In this document: positions 26,171 through 34,916 of the stretch, piece by piece
Numbering within the stretch: position 1 is the stretch's first letter
Layout: each line of letters begins with the position of its first letter
Translations under genes and position numbers: made by a program
DNA from: Bacillota bacterium
GTDB taxonomy: Bacteria; Bacillota; Clostridia; Lutisporales; Lutisporaceae
DNA: 64,000 nt
NCBI GenBank assembly: GCA_022706825.1
Contig: JAKJBU010000002.1
Location: 932 to 64,931, forward strand
Direction: 5' to 3'
Notes under the pieces: model-generated
Databases searched by the model: none
What the model saw: the letters and a program-made list of their open reading frames with translations, nothing else
What the model was told of the DNA's origin: nothing

Positions 26171-28120
26171 GTGACATATGAATCAGGAAAATGCAAAATG
26201 TTTGGTGTAAAGCATATAGGAAGTGAAAAAATGAAAGAAAGCTTGATATTTGGAATGATATTGAAAGTATATGACAGGCTTGTATTCTACTATGAAAACA
26301 GCATGTTTTTCATTGTTATGCAGCGTTTAGGGCATGGCTTCGGGAAGCTTGCATCCTCAAGCAGCATATTGAGTTTTTTTGACATGGAATGGAACATCGC
26401 GGATGCGTGGAAGCAAAGCCTTGTATTCAGAATCCTCACATCCCCCTTAAGGTGGTTCGGATATGCTTCACAAAGATTCTCGGAGGGTGTAAATGCAGCT
26501 ATTGAAGGGAGCAGGGTACTGAAGGCTGTAAGGGTTTTTCTGGAGAACCTGCTTGATATGAGCACGAGGGTTTATGGGCTGCTTTTTACTACCTTTTCCG
26601 CAGCACAGGGTCTATTGGATTTTGCCTCGGGAAGCATTATAGAATTGGCATTATTTCTGGGGGGGGCAGCGCTGATACTGATAAACAGGCCGGTGAAGGC
26701 CCTGGCGGAGGGCAGTATAATCACCGGGGTGATATATGGTTTTTTTAACGCATCTCACGGTGCATTTTATGATAGAAGAACGGAAAATGCAGTTTTAAAC
26801 AAAAGCTTTGAAATTACTGCAATCGTTACAGGAATAGCATTGGGAGCAATATGGCATTTTCTGCAGCCGGTGACCTTTGTTCTGGCAGTTGGAGGAATCG
26901 CCGCCCTTGTATTGGTGCTCTGGAGGTATGAGATAGGAGTTTTTGCCGTTGCGGGATTCATCCCTTTGGCTCCGACCATGGCTCTGCTGGGGCTGATCCT
27001 GCTTACCGCGGTATCATTTTTTATCAGGCTTTTCAGGGATAAGAGCATGAAGCTCAGGAGCACAATTCTGGATTATTTCGTAGTATTGTTTGGAATAGTG
27101 CTTCTCTACAGCTTCATTACATCATATACCCCCGGCAGCAGCATGCTTGCATTATTGATACATATAGCATTCATAGTGTTTTATTTCATATTGGTAAATA
27201 CAATTAAGACCAGGCAGCAGCTTTATGTTTTGGCAGCACTGCTGGTGCTTTCAACAACCGTAACAGCCCTATATGGACTATATCAGCTGAAAACTGTGGG
27301 AGCTACTTCCGAAGCGTGGGTGGATACAACGCTGTTTGAGGACATAAAGGCCCGGGTGGGCTCCACCTTCGAAAACCCCAACGTGCTGGGAGAATACCTG
27401 GTACTCATCATACCTGTTGCAATTGCCATGCTGTGGGGACAGAAGAATTGGATATCAAAGCTAATAATCCTGGGGCTGTCGGCTATTATGCTCGGATGCC
27501 TCGTCTATACTTACTCAAGAGGTGCATATGTCGGATTGATGCTGGCTTTTGCCTTGTTTGCAGTGCTTAGGGATAGGAGGTTCATAATTCTTGGGGTAAT
27601 CGGTCTGCTGATGCTTCCCTTTATGTTGCCGGCTTCTGTAATCAACAGGTTTGCGAGTATCGGAAACCTGAACGATACATCTTCCTTCTACAGGATTTCC
27701 GTATGGCTGGGGTCTTTGAGGCTGGCGCAGGATTATTGGCTTTCGGGTATAGGACTGGGCTTGGAGCCCTTTAATCTGGTTTATCCCAAGTATTCACTTA
27801 ACGCCGCATATGCTCTTCATTCCCATAATATATACATACAGCTTATGATAGAGACCGGCATAGCGGGTCTATTGATGTTCTTTGCAATAATAGCGGTTTA
27901 TTACAAGACTATGCTGGCAGGCTTCTATAAAACCAGGGACAGATTTACCTCCACCTTCATGATAGCCATTGCATCCGGCATGGCAGGATATCTTGCCCAG
28001 GGAATGGTTGAGAATATATGGTACAACAACAGGGTGCTCCTGACCTTCTGGGTCATGCTGGCCTTCGGAATGATAGCCAAGGCTCTTATCACAGAGGATA
28101 AAGAGGTGTCGGGCATATGA
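26171..28120 (+). CDS. O-antigen ligase/polymerase-family (Wzy_C-type) polytopic membrane protein
   Basis: More than 10 TM segments, with YSRGAYVGL and HSHNIYIQLMIETGI motifs typical of O-antigen ligase-like proteins. The start codon is uncertain (26171 GTG or 26231 ATG). Confidence 0.7.
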   Translation: MTYESGKCKMFGVKHIGSEKMKESLIFGMILKVYDRLVFYYENSMFFIVMQRLGHGFGKLASSSSILSFFDMEWNIADAWKQSLVFRILTSPLRWFGYASQRFSEGVNAAIEGSRVLKAVRVFLENLLDMSTRVYGLLFTTFSAAQGLLDFASGSIIELALFLGGAALILINRPVKALAEGSIITGVIYGFFNASHGAFYDRRTENAVLNKSFEITAIVTGIALGAIWHFLQPVTFVLAVGGIAALVLVLWRYEIGVFAVAGFIPLAPTMALLGLILLTAVSFFIRLFRDKSMKLRSTILDYFVVLFGIVLLYSFITSYTPGSSMLALLIHIAFIVFYFILVNTIKTRQQLYVLAALLVLSTTVTALYGLYQLKTVGATSEAWVDTTLFEDIKARVGSTFENPNVLGEYLVLIIPVAIAMLWGQKNWISKLIILGLSAIMLGCLVYTYSRGAYVGLMLAFALFAVLRDRRFIILGVIGLLMLPFMLPASVINRFASIGNLNDTSSFYRISVWLGSLRLAQDYWLSGIGLGLEPFNLVYPKYSLNAAYALHSHNIYIQLMIETGIAGLLMFFAIIAVYYKTMLAGFYKTRDRFTSTFMIAIASGMAGYLAQGMVENIWYNNRVLLTFWVMLAFGMIAKALITEDKEVSGI

Positions 28121-29226
28121 TTAAGGTAATACACGTATTAAGTGATATGAAAATAGGCGGAGCAGGCAGCTGGCTGCTTAATCTGCTTGGGGCCATTGAT
28201 AAGGAGAAGTTTGAAATAAAGGTTGTGCTTCCGCAGGGGAGCATGCTTGCAGATAAGATAAAAAATTTAGGCTTTGAAGTAATATCTGTTGACGGCATTA
28301 AAGACAAATCGTACGATGCCAGGGCTGTAAATCTTTTGTATTATATATTCAGGGCAGAAAAGCCGGATATTGTACATACCCATGCATCACTGTCCGCAAG
28401 GTTTGCTGCAAAGAGGGCGGGAGCAAAAATCATTAATACCAAGCATTGCATTGACAGCCGTATAACCGGAATAAGGAGATTTGCGGGAGCTTTAATAAAC
28501 GACAGATATTGTGACAGCATAATTGCCGTATCGGAGGCTGTAAAACGGAATATTGCTGAAAACGGGGTGCCCGATGATAAGATATCAGTGATATATGGAG
28601 GCATAAACCCGGTTAAGGTACTTGATGATAAAGAAAAAAGCCTTGTCAGGGAGAAATGGGGAATTGCTGAAGAAGAAGTAGTTGTAGGAATCGTAGCCCG
28701 CCTTGCCGAGGTTAAAGGCCACAAATATTTTATAGATGCAGCTGAAATTATTTCCCGGGACAATGACAATGTCAGGTTTTTTATTGCCGGCATCGGGCCA
28801 AAGGAAGAAGAGTTAAAGGAGCTTATTAAACAGAAGGGGCTTACCGATAAGGTAGTTTTTACAGGCTTCGTGGATGAGATATATGAGGTATTTAATATCA
28901 TAGACATTAATGTGATTTCTTCCTTATCTGAAGCCCTATGCCTGTCGCTGATCGAAGGGATGAGTGTCGGAAAGCCGTCTGTAGCTGCAGATACAGGGGG
29001 AATACCTGAGGTGGTTAAGGACGGGTATAACGGATTCCTAGTTCCTCCGGGGGATGCCGAAGGGCTGGTTGATGCGATACTTAAACTGATCCATGATCCT
29101 GAGCTGCGAAAGACAATGGGTGACAGGGGAAGGGAAATCATGGAGAAAAGCTTTACTGCCGATATAATGGCTGAAAAAATAGAAGGGCTGTATGAGTCTG
29201 TGACAAGGAAAAACAGAAGGGAGTAA
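28117..29226 (+). CDS. Family 4 (GT-B) glycosyltransferase
   Basis: MKIGGAGSW N-terminus and EX7E region SLSEALCLSLIEGMSVGKPSVAADTGGIPEVV. The ATGA start overlaps the upstream gene. Confidence 0.85.
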   Translation: MIKVIHVLSDMKIGGAGSWLLNLLGAIDKEKFEIKVVLPQGSMLADKIKNLGFEVISVDGIKDKSYDARAVNLLYYIFRAEKPDIVHTHASLSARFAAKRAGAKIINTKHCIDSRITGIRRFAGALINDRYCDSIIAVSEAVKRNIAENGVPDDKISVIYGGINPVKVLDDKEKSLVREKWGIAEEEVVVGIVARLAEVKGHKYFIDAAEIISRDNDNVRFFIAGIGPKEEELKELIKQKGLTDKVVFTGFVDEIYEVFNIIDINVISSLSEALCLSLIEGMSVGKPSVAADTGGIPEVVKDGYNGFLVPPGDAEGLVDAILKLIHDPELRKTMGDRGREIMEKSFTADIMAEKIEGLYESVTRKNRRE

Positions 29227-29236
29227 GATAAAGATT

Positions 29237-29734
29237 ATGGCTTTAGCGGATAATAGGGGTAAGCTGTTTGGGAGAATAAATATTGTAGACCTGATTATAA
29301 TTCTGCTGATAATATTGACTGCAGTTGGCGGCTATATGTTTTTTTTCGGAAGAGATAGCAAACAGACATTAAATACCGGTAAGGTAGTATATGATTTTGA
29401 AATAACCAATGTCAACAAGGATTTTATTGATGCGATAAATCCGGGAGATCCCATAAGGGACAATGTCAGGGGGAATGAGCTTGGCACGGTTGTAAGCAAA
29501 TCCTCAAGGGGTGCCACAATGCTTAATGAAGACCTGATTAACGGCAGATATATCATAGCTGAAGTGCCTGATGCCTATGATGTGGTCATAACTATAGAGG
29601 GGAATGCCAATATTACCCCCGCCAACATAATAGTAGGCGGTGCCGAAATCAAGGTAGGCAAGAAGTTCTCTATAAAGGGCAAGGGATATGCAAATCAGGG
29701 CTTCGTAACTAAAATGACCTTGGTTGAACAGTAA
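29237..29734 (+). CDS. DUF4330-like membrane-anchored protein (paralog 1)
   Basis: N-terminus GKLFGRINIVDLIIILLIIL plus a beta-rich domain. It is paralogous to the next gene. Confidence 0.6.
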   Translation: MALADNRGKLFGRINIVDLIIILLIILTAVGGYMFFFGRDSKQTLNTGKVVYDFEITNVNKDFIDAINPGDPIRDNVRGNELGTVVSKSSRGATMLNEDLINGRYIIAEVPDAYDVVITIEGNANITPANIIVGGAEIKVGKKFSIKGKGYANQGFVTKMTLVEQ

Positions 29735-29746
29735 GGAGGGGTTGAT

Positions 29747-30250
29747 ATGCTTATGGATGAAAAAGGAAGATTGTTCGGGAAAATCAGTATTGTTGATATA
29801 GGTGTATTGCTGCTTATTGCTGTACTTATTGGCGGAGTATATTACAAGTTCTTCATGGTTGACAAGGATCAGAATGCTGCAAAATTTGATACCATTGAGT
29901 ATAAGGTACTGGTGGAGGAAGTCAGGCAGCAGTCGGTGGATGCTATGGAAATAGGAGCCGATATCTATCATGTCAAGACTAACAGTCCTATGGGCAGGAT
30001 AACGGACATTGAAGTATTGCCTGCAACAGATCAGCTTACCAAGGCCGACGGTACCATGGTGATAGCGGAAAAGCCTGAAAGGTTTAATGTGCTTGTGACA
30101 ATACAGGTTCCCGGAGTTGAGTCGGAGCGCGGCTTCCGGGCAAACGGCAGGCTGGATATCAACAGAGAATCCCAAGAGGTATTGGATACCAGAATGATAG
30201 AAATGGTGGCAAAAATAGTAGACGTGAAGAATTTGAGCAAAGCGCAATAA
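29747..30250 (+). CDS. DUF4330-like membrane-anchored protein (paralog 2)
   Basis: N-terminus GRLFGKISIVDIGVLLLIAVLI, with the same architecture as 29237-29734. Confidence 0.6.
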   Translation: MLMDEKGRLFGKISIVDIGVLLLIAVLIGGVYYKFFMVDKDQNAAKFDTIEYKVLVEEVRQQSVDAMEIGADIYHVKTNSPMGRITDIEVLPATDQLTKADGTMVIAEKPERFNVLVTIQVPGVESERGFRANGRLDINRESQEVLDTRMIEMVAKIVDVKNLSKAQ

Positions 30251-30271
30251 TAATATAATACAATGTAATGA

Positions 30272-30330
30272 GTTTGTGAAGTACTTCGACAGTAGGGAAG
30301 TAAACGTCGTGTCTGACACTTATTACATAG
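30272..30330. repeat. Fragment related to the left arm / inner-hairpin base of repeat copy B
   Basis: GTTTGTGAAGTACTTCGACAGTAGGGAAGTA (30272-30302) versus GTTTGTAAAGTACTCCGACTGTAGGGGAAGTA (49221-49252), with about 28 of 32 positions identical. CGAC...GTCG forms a short hairpin. Confidence 0.55.
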
Positions 30331-30558
30331 ACTAGTAAAGGAATGTAATTAATTGGTTACAAATTGTAACCAACTGAAAATGAGACCACATAAAGACGGA
30401 AAAATATTGATGACATAACAGTTTTTTCGGAAATTGTCTTATAATAGAGGTTAAGTTCAGCTAATATAATAGTGTATGAACTTGATCTTTTTTTATTATA
30501 TATGGAAATATTTTGCTGAAACATGTATAATTAAGGAAAACAAGTGCGAGGTGTGCTG

Positions 30559-31560
30559 ATGAGTTCGGAAATAATAATGTATCAAACTGAAGATGGTTTG
30601 ACAAAAATAGAAACTACTTTTGACAATGATACCGTGTGGCTCTCTATTGATCAAATGGCAGAGTTGTTTCAGCGTGATAGGAGTGTTATTGGTAAACATA
30701 TAAGAAATATTTTTAAAGAAGGTGAACTTGAAAAGAATTCAGTATGGGCAAAATTTGCCTACACTGCTTCTGACGGAAAAGACTATAAAGTTGACTACTA
30801 TAATTTAGATGTCATTATTTCTGTAGGGTATCGTGTAAAATCCTTACGAGGCACACAGTTTAGAATTTGGGCAAGCAATATATTAAAAGAATATATGAGA
30901 AAAGGTTTTGCCATAAATGATGATCTTTTAAAAAATAATGGCAGAGGAATTTATTTTGATGAATTGCTGAAGCGGATCCGTGATATTCGTTCATCAGAAA
31001 AGGTATTCTGGAGAAAAGTACTTGATATCTATGCAACAAGTGTTGACTATGATCCGAGAGCAGAAGCCTCAATACTGTTTTTCAAGACAGTGCAGAATAA
31101 AATGCATTGGGCGGCGCATGGACAGACTGCAGCTGAAAAGATATATTATTCGGCTGATGCGGGCAAGCCTTCTATGGGGATGTTGAGTTTTAAAGGGGGA
31201 AGGCCATCGCAATCAGATGCTTTAGTGGCAAAAAATTATTGTACGGAAGAAGAACTATCTGCGTTAAACAGTGTTGTTTCTGCTTATCTTGAATTTGCAG
31301 AAATGCAGGCTGGTAGAAGAATCCCCATGTATATGTCTGAGTGGATTGAGACGTTGGATGGATTTCTGAAATTATCTAAGCATGAAATTCTCACTCATGC
31401 TGGTAAAATCAGCGCTAAAACTGCTGAGTTAAAGGCGAAAGATGAATATAAGAAATTTAAAACGTTGCATTTAGAGGATATTTCTAATGCAGAGAAGGAT
31501 TATATAAAAGCATTGGAAGACATGAAAATGAAGTTGCTGGGGGAAGGAAAAGAAAAATAA
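30559..31560 (+). CDS. RhuM-family protein
   Basis: IIMYQTEDGLTKIETTFDNDTVWLSIDQMAELFQRDRSVIGKHIRNIF...YYNLDVIISVGYRVKSLRGTQFRIWA is a close match to the conserved RhuM N-terminal region. Confidence 0.75.
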   Translation: MSSEIIMYQTEDGLTKIETTFDNDTVWLSIDQMAELFQRDRSVIGKHIRNIFKEGELEKNSVWAKFAYTASDGKDYKVDYYNLDVIISVGYRVKSLRGTQFRIWASNILKEYMRKGFAINDDLLKNNGRGIYFDELLKRIRDIRSSEKVFWRKVLDIYATSVDYDPRAEASILFFKTVQNKMHWAAHGQTAAEKIYYSADAGKPSMGMLSFKGGRPSQSDALVAKNYCTEEELSALNSVVSAYLEFAEMQAGRRIPMYMSEWIETLDGFLKLSKHEILTHAGKISAKTAELKAKDEYKKFKTLHLEDISNAEKDYIKALEDMKMKLLGEGKEK

Positions 31561-31706
31561 GGCATGTTATAGAAATAATGAGAAACCGTTTTATAGCATA
31601 TTAGCACGACGACGAAAGACTACATCGTCAACTATCAAGACAGAATGGATTAGATGTCAGTTCTTGCTGACAGAGCAGGTTAGATTTTGGTAGGGGGAGT
31701 AAAAAC

Positions 31707-32432
31707 ATGGAATGGATACAAATAGTCATAAATGCAGTGTTTATTTTTCTGTTGGGCTTATTTATAAAAAATTATTTTCCATCTTATATGGACGAAAAAG
31801 GGAAAAATCTTGCAACAAAAGAGGATATTCAAGAAATCACAAGAAAAACCGAAGAAGTGCAGAAAGAATTTAAAGAAGGATTTGAACGTTTTTCATCTGA
31901 TCTGCAGTTCAAATACAATTTTTATTTTAAGCAGTATTCTGAATTATATAGTAAGCTTTATTCAATTATTATTCAGTCTGAATATGTAAGGCGCTTTATT
32001 TTCATTACAAATGCTCAGGAACACTCTTTTGATGAAGTTCCATTTTTTGAAATCACACCAACGCATAGAATGAAACAACAGTTTAAATTTAAAGCAGGAA
32101 AACCAGTGACATTTAATCAAAGTTCTGAAGAAATAGAGACACCTATTCCGCAATTTAACAAAAAGCAGTTGTGCGATTATATAATTGAAAACGGTGAATA
32201 TTCAACACAAGAATTATTAAAAACAGCTGTTTCATATCGATTTGCATACAGTCATTATGAAGGCAATCCTGAGGTAAAGAATTCATCTTGTGCAGATGCT
32301 GCCAACGATGAAGAATTTAGATTGATACGTGAAATGGTATGCTGTATCGTTAAAGAGTATAATTTTTTCAGAAAAGAATTAAAAATGAATTATAATCAGT
32401 CAGAGCTTGAAACGGGAATTCCACAGTTGTAA
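31707..32432 (+). CDS. Hypothetical single-pass membrane protein
   Basis: RBS GGGGGAG, N-terminal TM IQIVINAVFIFLLGLFI, AT-rich. I recognise no family. Confidence 0.5.
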   Translation: MEWIQIVINAVFIFLLGLFIKNYFPSYMDEKGKNLATKEDIQEITRKTEEVQKEFKEGFERFSSDLQFKYNFYFKQYSELYSKLYSIIIQSEYVRRFIFITNAQEHSFDEVPFFEITPTHRMKQQFKFKAGKPVTFNQSSEEIETPIPQFNKKQLCDYIIENGEYSTQELLKTAVSYRFAYSHYEGNPEVKNSSCADAANDEEFRLIREMVCCIVKEYNFFRKELKMNYNQSELETGIPQL

Positions 32433-32439
32433 ATTTAAA

Positions 32440-32483
32440 GGCACCCTACGTTGTGATTTCGTAGAGTGCCTTGCTCTGTTTTT
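32440..32483 (+). terminator. Rho-independent terminator
   Basis: Stem GGCACCCTACG / CGTAGAGTGCC (one mismatch) followed by TTGCTCTGTTTTT. Confidence 0.6.
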
Positions 32484-32669
32484 CCCTTATTCATTTACAT
32501 CCACCGTATCTAACTCGGCAACTTAAGCAGGTTGAGTGGACGAAAATGATGTCGGGCAGGTTGAGTGCCCGGATTAGATGCCGATATAATATATATTGCT
32601 CTAAATAAGGTGAATAGCAATTGATTTATGATATTATAATAATTGTTAAATGTAATACGGGGTGAGAAG

Positions 32670-33467
32670 ATGATTAAAATTACTACACAGCCGATTTATG
32701 ATGAATTTCTTCAGATGTGCGCAGATGCCCGTCAAAATATAATGTTATGTGCGCCCTTTGTGAAGCGGGAAATTGTTGATGATATTTTTTCCGCAACAGA
32801 TAGACGATTATCAATGCAGTTAATCACAAATATAAATTTGCAAAGCTTTCACCGAAGGGCATCAGATCTTGGCGCAATAGAAAAATTTATAAGCAACGGC
32901 TTAGTTTACAATTGTACAACGCTACATGCAAAACTATATATTTTTGATAATAAAAAATGTCTTATAACTTCCGCAAACCTAACGACATCAGGTCTTCGAA
33001 AAAATCTCGAATGCAGTATGTTAACAGATAATTTGGACTTGGTCGATTCATCGGTATACGAATATAACTCAATAATCAAAGATAACAGAGTAGGCAGAAT
33101 TACGCTGCAATCCATTTCTGACATAGGAAAGATACTTGAAAAAATCCCTCCTGTTCAGAAAATAGCATATCCGCAGTTTGATTTATCGGCAACCTATGAA
33201 TCTGATATAAATTCTATTGCCAAGTCTCTTGCTGGATGGAGGAAAAGCGTTTTTATCATATTGAATTCCATGCAGGAGGATACCTTTTCATCACAGGAAG
33301 TAAAATTTATAGCAGAGCAATTAAAAGAGGCTTATCCTGAAAATCATAATCGGGAAGCTAAGGTGCGTCAGATATTGCAGCAATTACGCGATACCGGTTT
33401 AATTGAATTCACTTCTCCCGGAATTTATAGAAGACTTTGGGTAAAAGGAGCTATCAATGAAGTATAG
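32670..33467 (+). CDS. Single-HKD phospholipase-D-superfamily (Nuc-like) nuclease with a C-terminal winged-helix-like domain
   Basis: HKD motif HAKLYIFDNKKCLITSANLT (HxKxxxxD-x6-TSxN). The C-terminus REAKVRQILQQLRDTGLIEFTSPGIYRRLW resembles the wHTH of Mrr-type and other restriction enzymes. Confidence 0.7.
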   Translation: MIKITTQPIYDEFLQMCADARQNIMLCAPFVKREIVDDIFSATDRRLSMQLITNINLQSFHRRASDLGAIEKFISNGLVYNCTTLHAKLYIFDNKKCLITSANLTTSGLRKNLECSMLTDNLDLVDSSVYEYNSIIKDNRVGRITLQSISDIGKILEKIPPVQKIAYPQFDLSATYESDINSIAKSLAGWRKSVFIILNSMQEDTFSSQEVKFIAEQLKEAYPENHNREAKVRQILQQLRDTGLIEFTSPGIYRRLWVKGAINEV

Positions 33468-33645
33468 AGTTGAAGTTACGGAGACTTTGCAAAGAATTAT
33501 CGAGATTGACGCTGAAAGTAATGAGGAAGCCGAGTCAAAAGCACGCAGACAATATCGTAACGAAGATATCGTATTGGATAGTGCGGATTTTATTGATGTT
33601 GAATTTGAAGTTTTGTCTGAACAGGAGAGTGTGTTTAAGAAATAA
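33457..33645 (+). CDS. DpnD/PcfM-like small acidic protein
   Basis: MKYRVEVTETLQRIIEIDAESNEEAESKARRQYRNEDIVLDSADFIDVEFEV fits the DpnD/PcfM pattern. The start overlaps the PLD gene by 11 nt. Confidence 0.65.
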   Translation: MKYRVEVTETLQRIIEIDAESNEEAESKARRQYRNEDIVLDSADFIDVEFEVLSEQESVFKK

Positions 33646-33811
33646 GTTATATGGGTGAGGATACCCTGACATCCAATACAGTAATTACGGTGGACTTATT
33701 TCCGAGTACAGAAATTTTAGGTTGACTTATTTCCTTGAACGGATAAATATAAAATATACCAAGACATCAAAACGAACGGCTTGTTCCACGTTGAGTGCGT
33801 AATAATGATGA

Positions 33812-34903
33812 CTAACTTTCCAGGAGCCTTATTGTTATCTCCGCATTTTCATAGGCTTTTTGCTTCAGCAGCCTGTTGCCCTTTTCCAGCTGCTGTGATA
33901 TTTCTTTTCTATTGCTCCATACTTCGTCAATAAGCTTTTTAAGGCTATCCAAATTCAAGTCCGCCACATTGCCTGCCCATGGCTGGTTCACATATTCCAG
34001 GAAGCCCTGTACCTTGGGGTCATATATCAATCCAATAACAGGAACTGAAAGGCTGACCGAATATATAAGGGCATGAAGCCTCATTCCCAGCACTAGATCC
34101 ATCCTTTTCATTATTCCGAGAATTTTATCTGTTTCATATATATTTCTTAGTATAAAGGGAGCATGCTTCATTTTTGATGCAATATCCTCCGCTGCTGCCA
34201 AGTCTGAAGGAAAGTGCAAAGGTATGAAAACTGATTTTACATTGTAGGTTTCATCTATATAATCAGCAGCTTGGGCAATAATGCGGCTATATGCCTCGTA
34301 GCCGCTCCACTTTCTGATGGAGAAACCAACCAAAGGGGTATCTGCAGGTATTCCTTCTTTTTGCAGCAGCTTTTCTATTTCTTCAGGGCCTGCCGGTTCA
34401 AGGCCCAAGGCAGGGTCGGCAGTGACATGGATTTCGGGTTTTTTGACGCCCAATGACTTCAATTCCAGGCCTGAGGCTTCCTCCCTTAGAGTTATAATAT
34501 CCACTTTATCAATTATTTTTGAAGTAAAATAACGGTTGGTGCTTTTGCCCACCGGGCCGATTCCGTTTGCATACAGCATGACCTTAAGCCCCATAAGCTT
34601 GGCAAGATAAATGGTAGTCAGGTAATACACCAATGAACGTGTACTTGTAACATCCTGTATAAGGTTGCCGCCGCCGTTCAGAAAAAGCCTGGTTTTTTTC
34701 ATTGTACCAATTACTTTAAAAAGGTTAAAACGATCTATGGAGTCCACACCGTAGATTGATGCAGTATCCTTAGGATTTTTTGAAAGCACTACAATTCGTA
34801 TATCTTTTTTAATTTTTCTCAGGTTCTCAATAATAGCCAGCAGTATGGCATCGTCGCCGCTGTTTCCAAAACCGTAATAACCTGATATCATAACGTCATA
34901 CAT
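33812..34903 (-). CDS. csaB: Polysaccharide pyruvyl transferase CsaB
   Basis: MYDVMISGYYGFGNSGDDAILLAI...LFLNGGGNLIQDVTS...MRLHALIY are CsaB hallmarks. ATG 34903 follows AAAGGGGA. Confidence 0.85.
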   Translation of the reverse strand: MYDVMISGYYGFGNSGDDAILLAIIENLRKIKKDIRIVVLSKNPKDTASIYGVDSIDRFNLFKVIGTMKKTRLFLNGGGNLIQDVTSTRSLVYYLTTIYLAKLMGLKVMLYANGIGPVGKSTNRYFTSKIIDKVDIITLREEASGLELKSLGVKKPEIHVTADPALGLEPAGPEEIEKLLQKEGIPADTPLVGFSIRKWSGYEAYSRIIAQAADYIDETYNVKSVFIPLHFPSDLAAAEDIASKMKHAPFILRNIYETDKILGIMKRMDLVLGMRLHALIYSVSLSVPVIGLIYDPKVQGFLEYVNQPWAGNVADLNLDSLKKLIDEVWSNRKEISQQLEKGNRLLKQKAYENAEITIRLLES

Positions 34904-34916
34904 AGGTATGTCCCCT

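Noticed and set aside
30353-30373. Palindromes TTGGTTACAAATTGTAACCAA (30353-30373) and TTACAAATTTGTAA (25353-25366), bracketing the plus-strand glycan operon, as a shared operator
   Set aside because: They are AT-rich and short, there are only two occurrences, and their positions differ relative to the genes. That is insufficient to separate them from chance, so I note them only.
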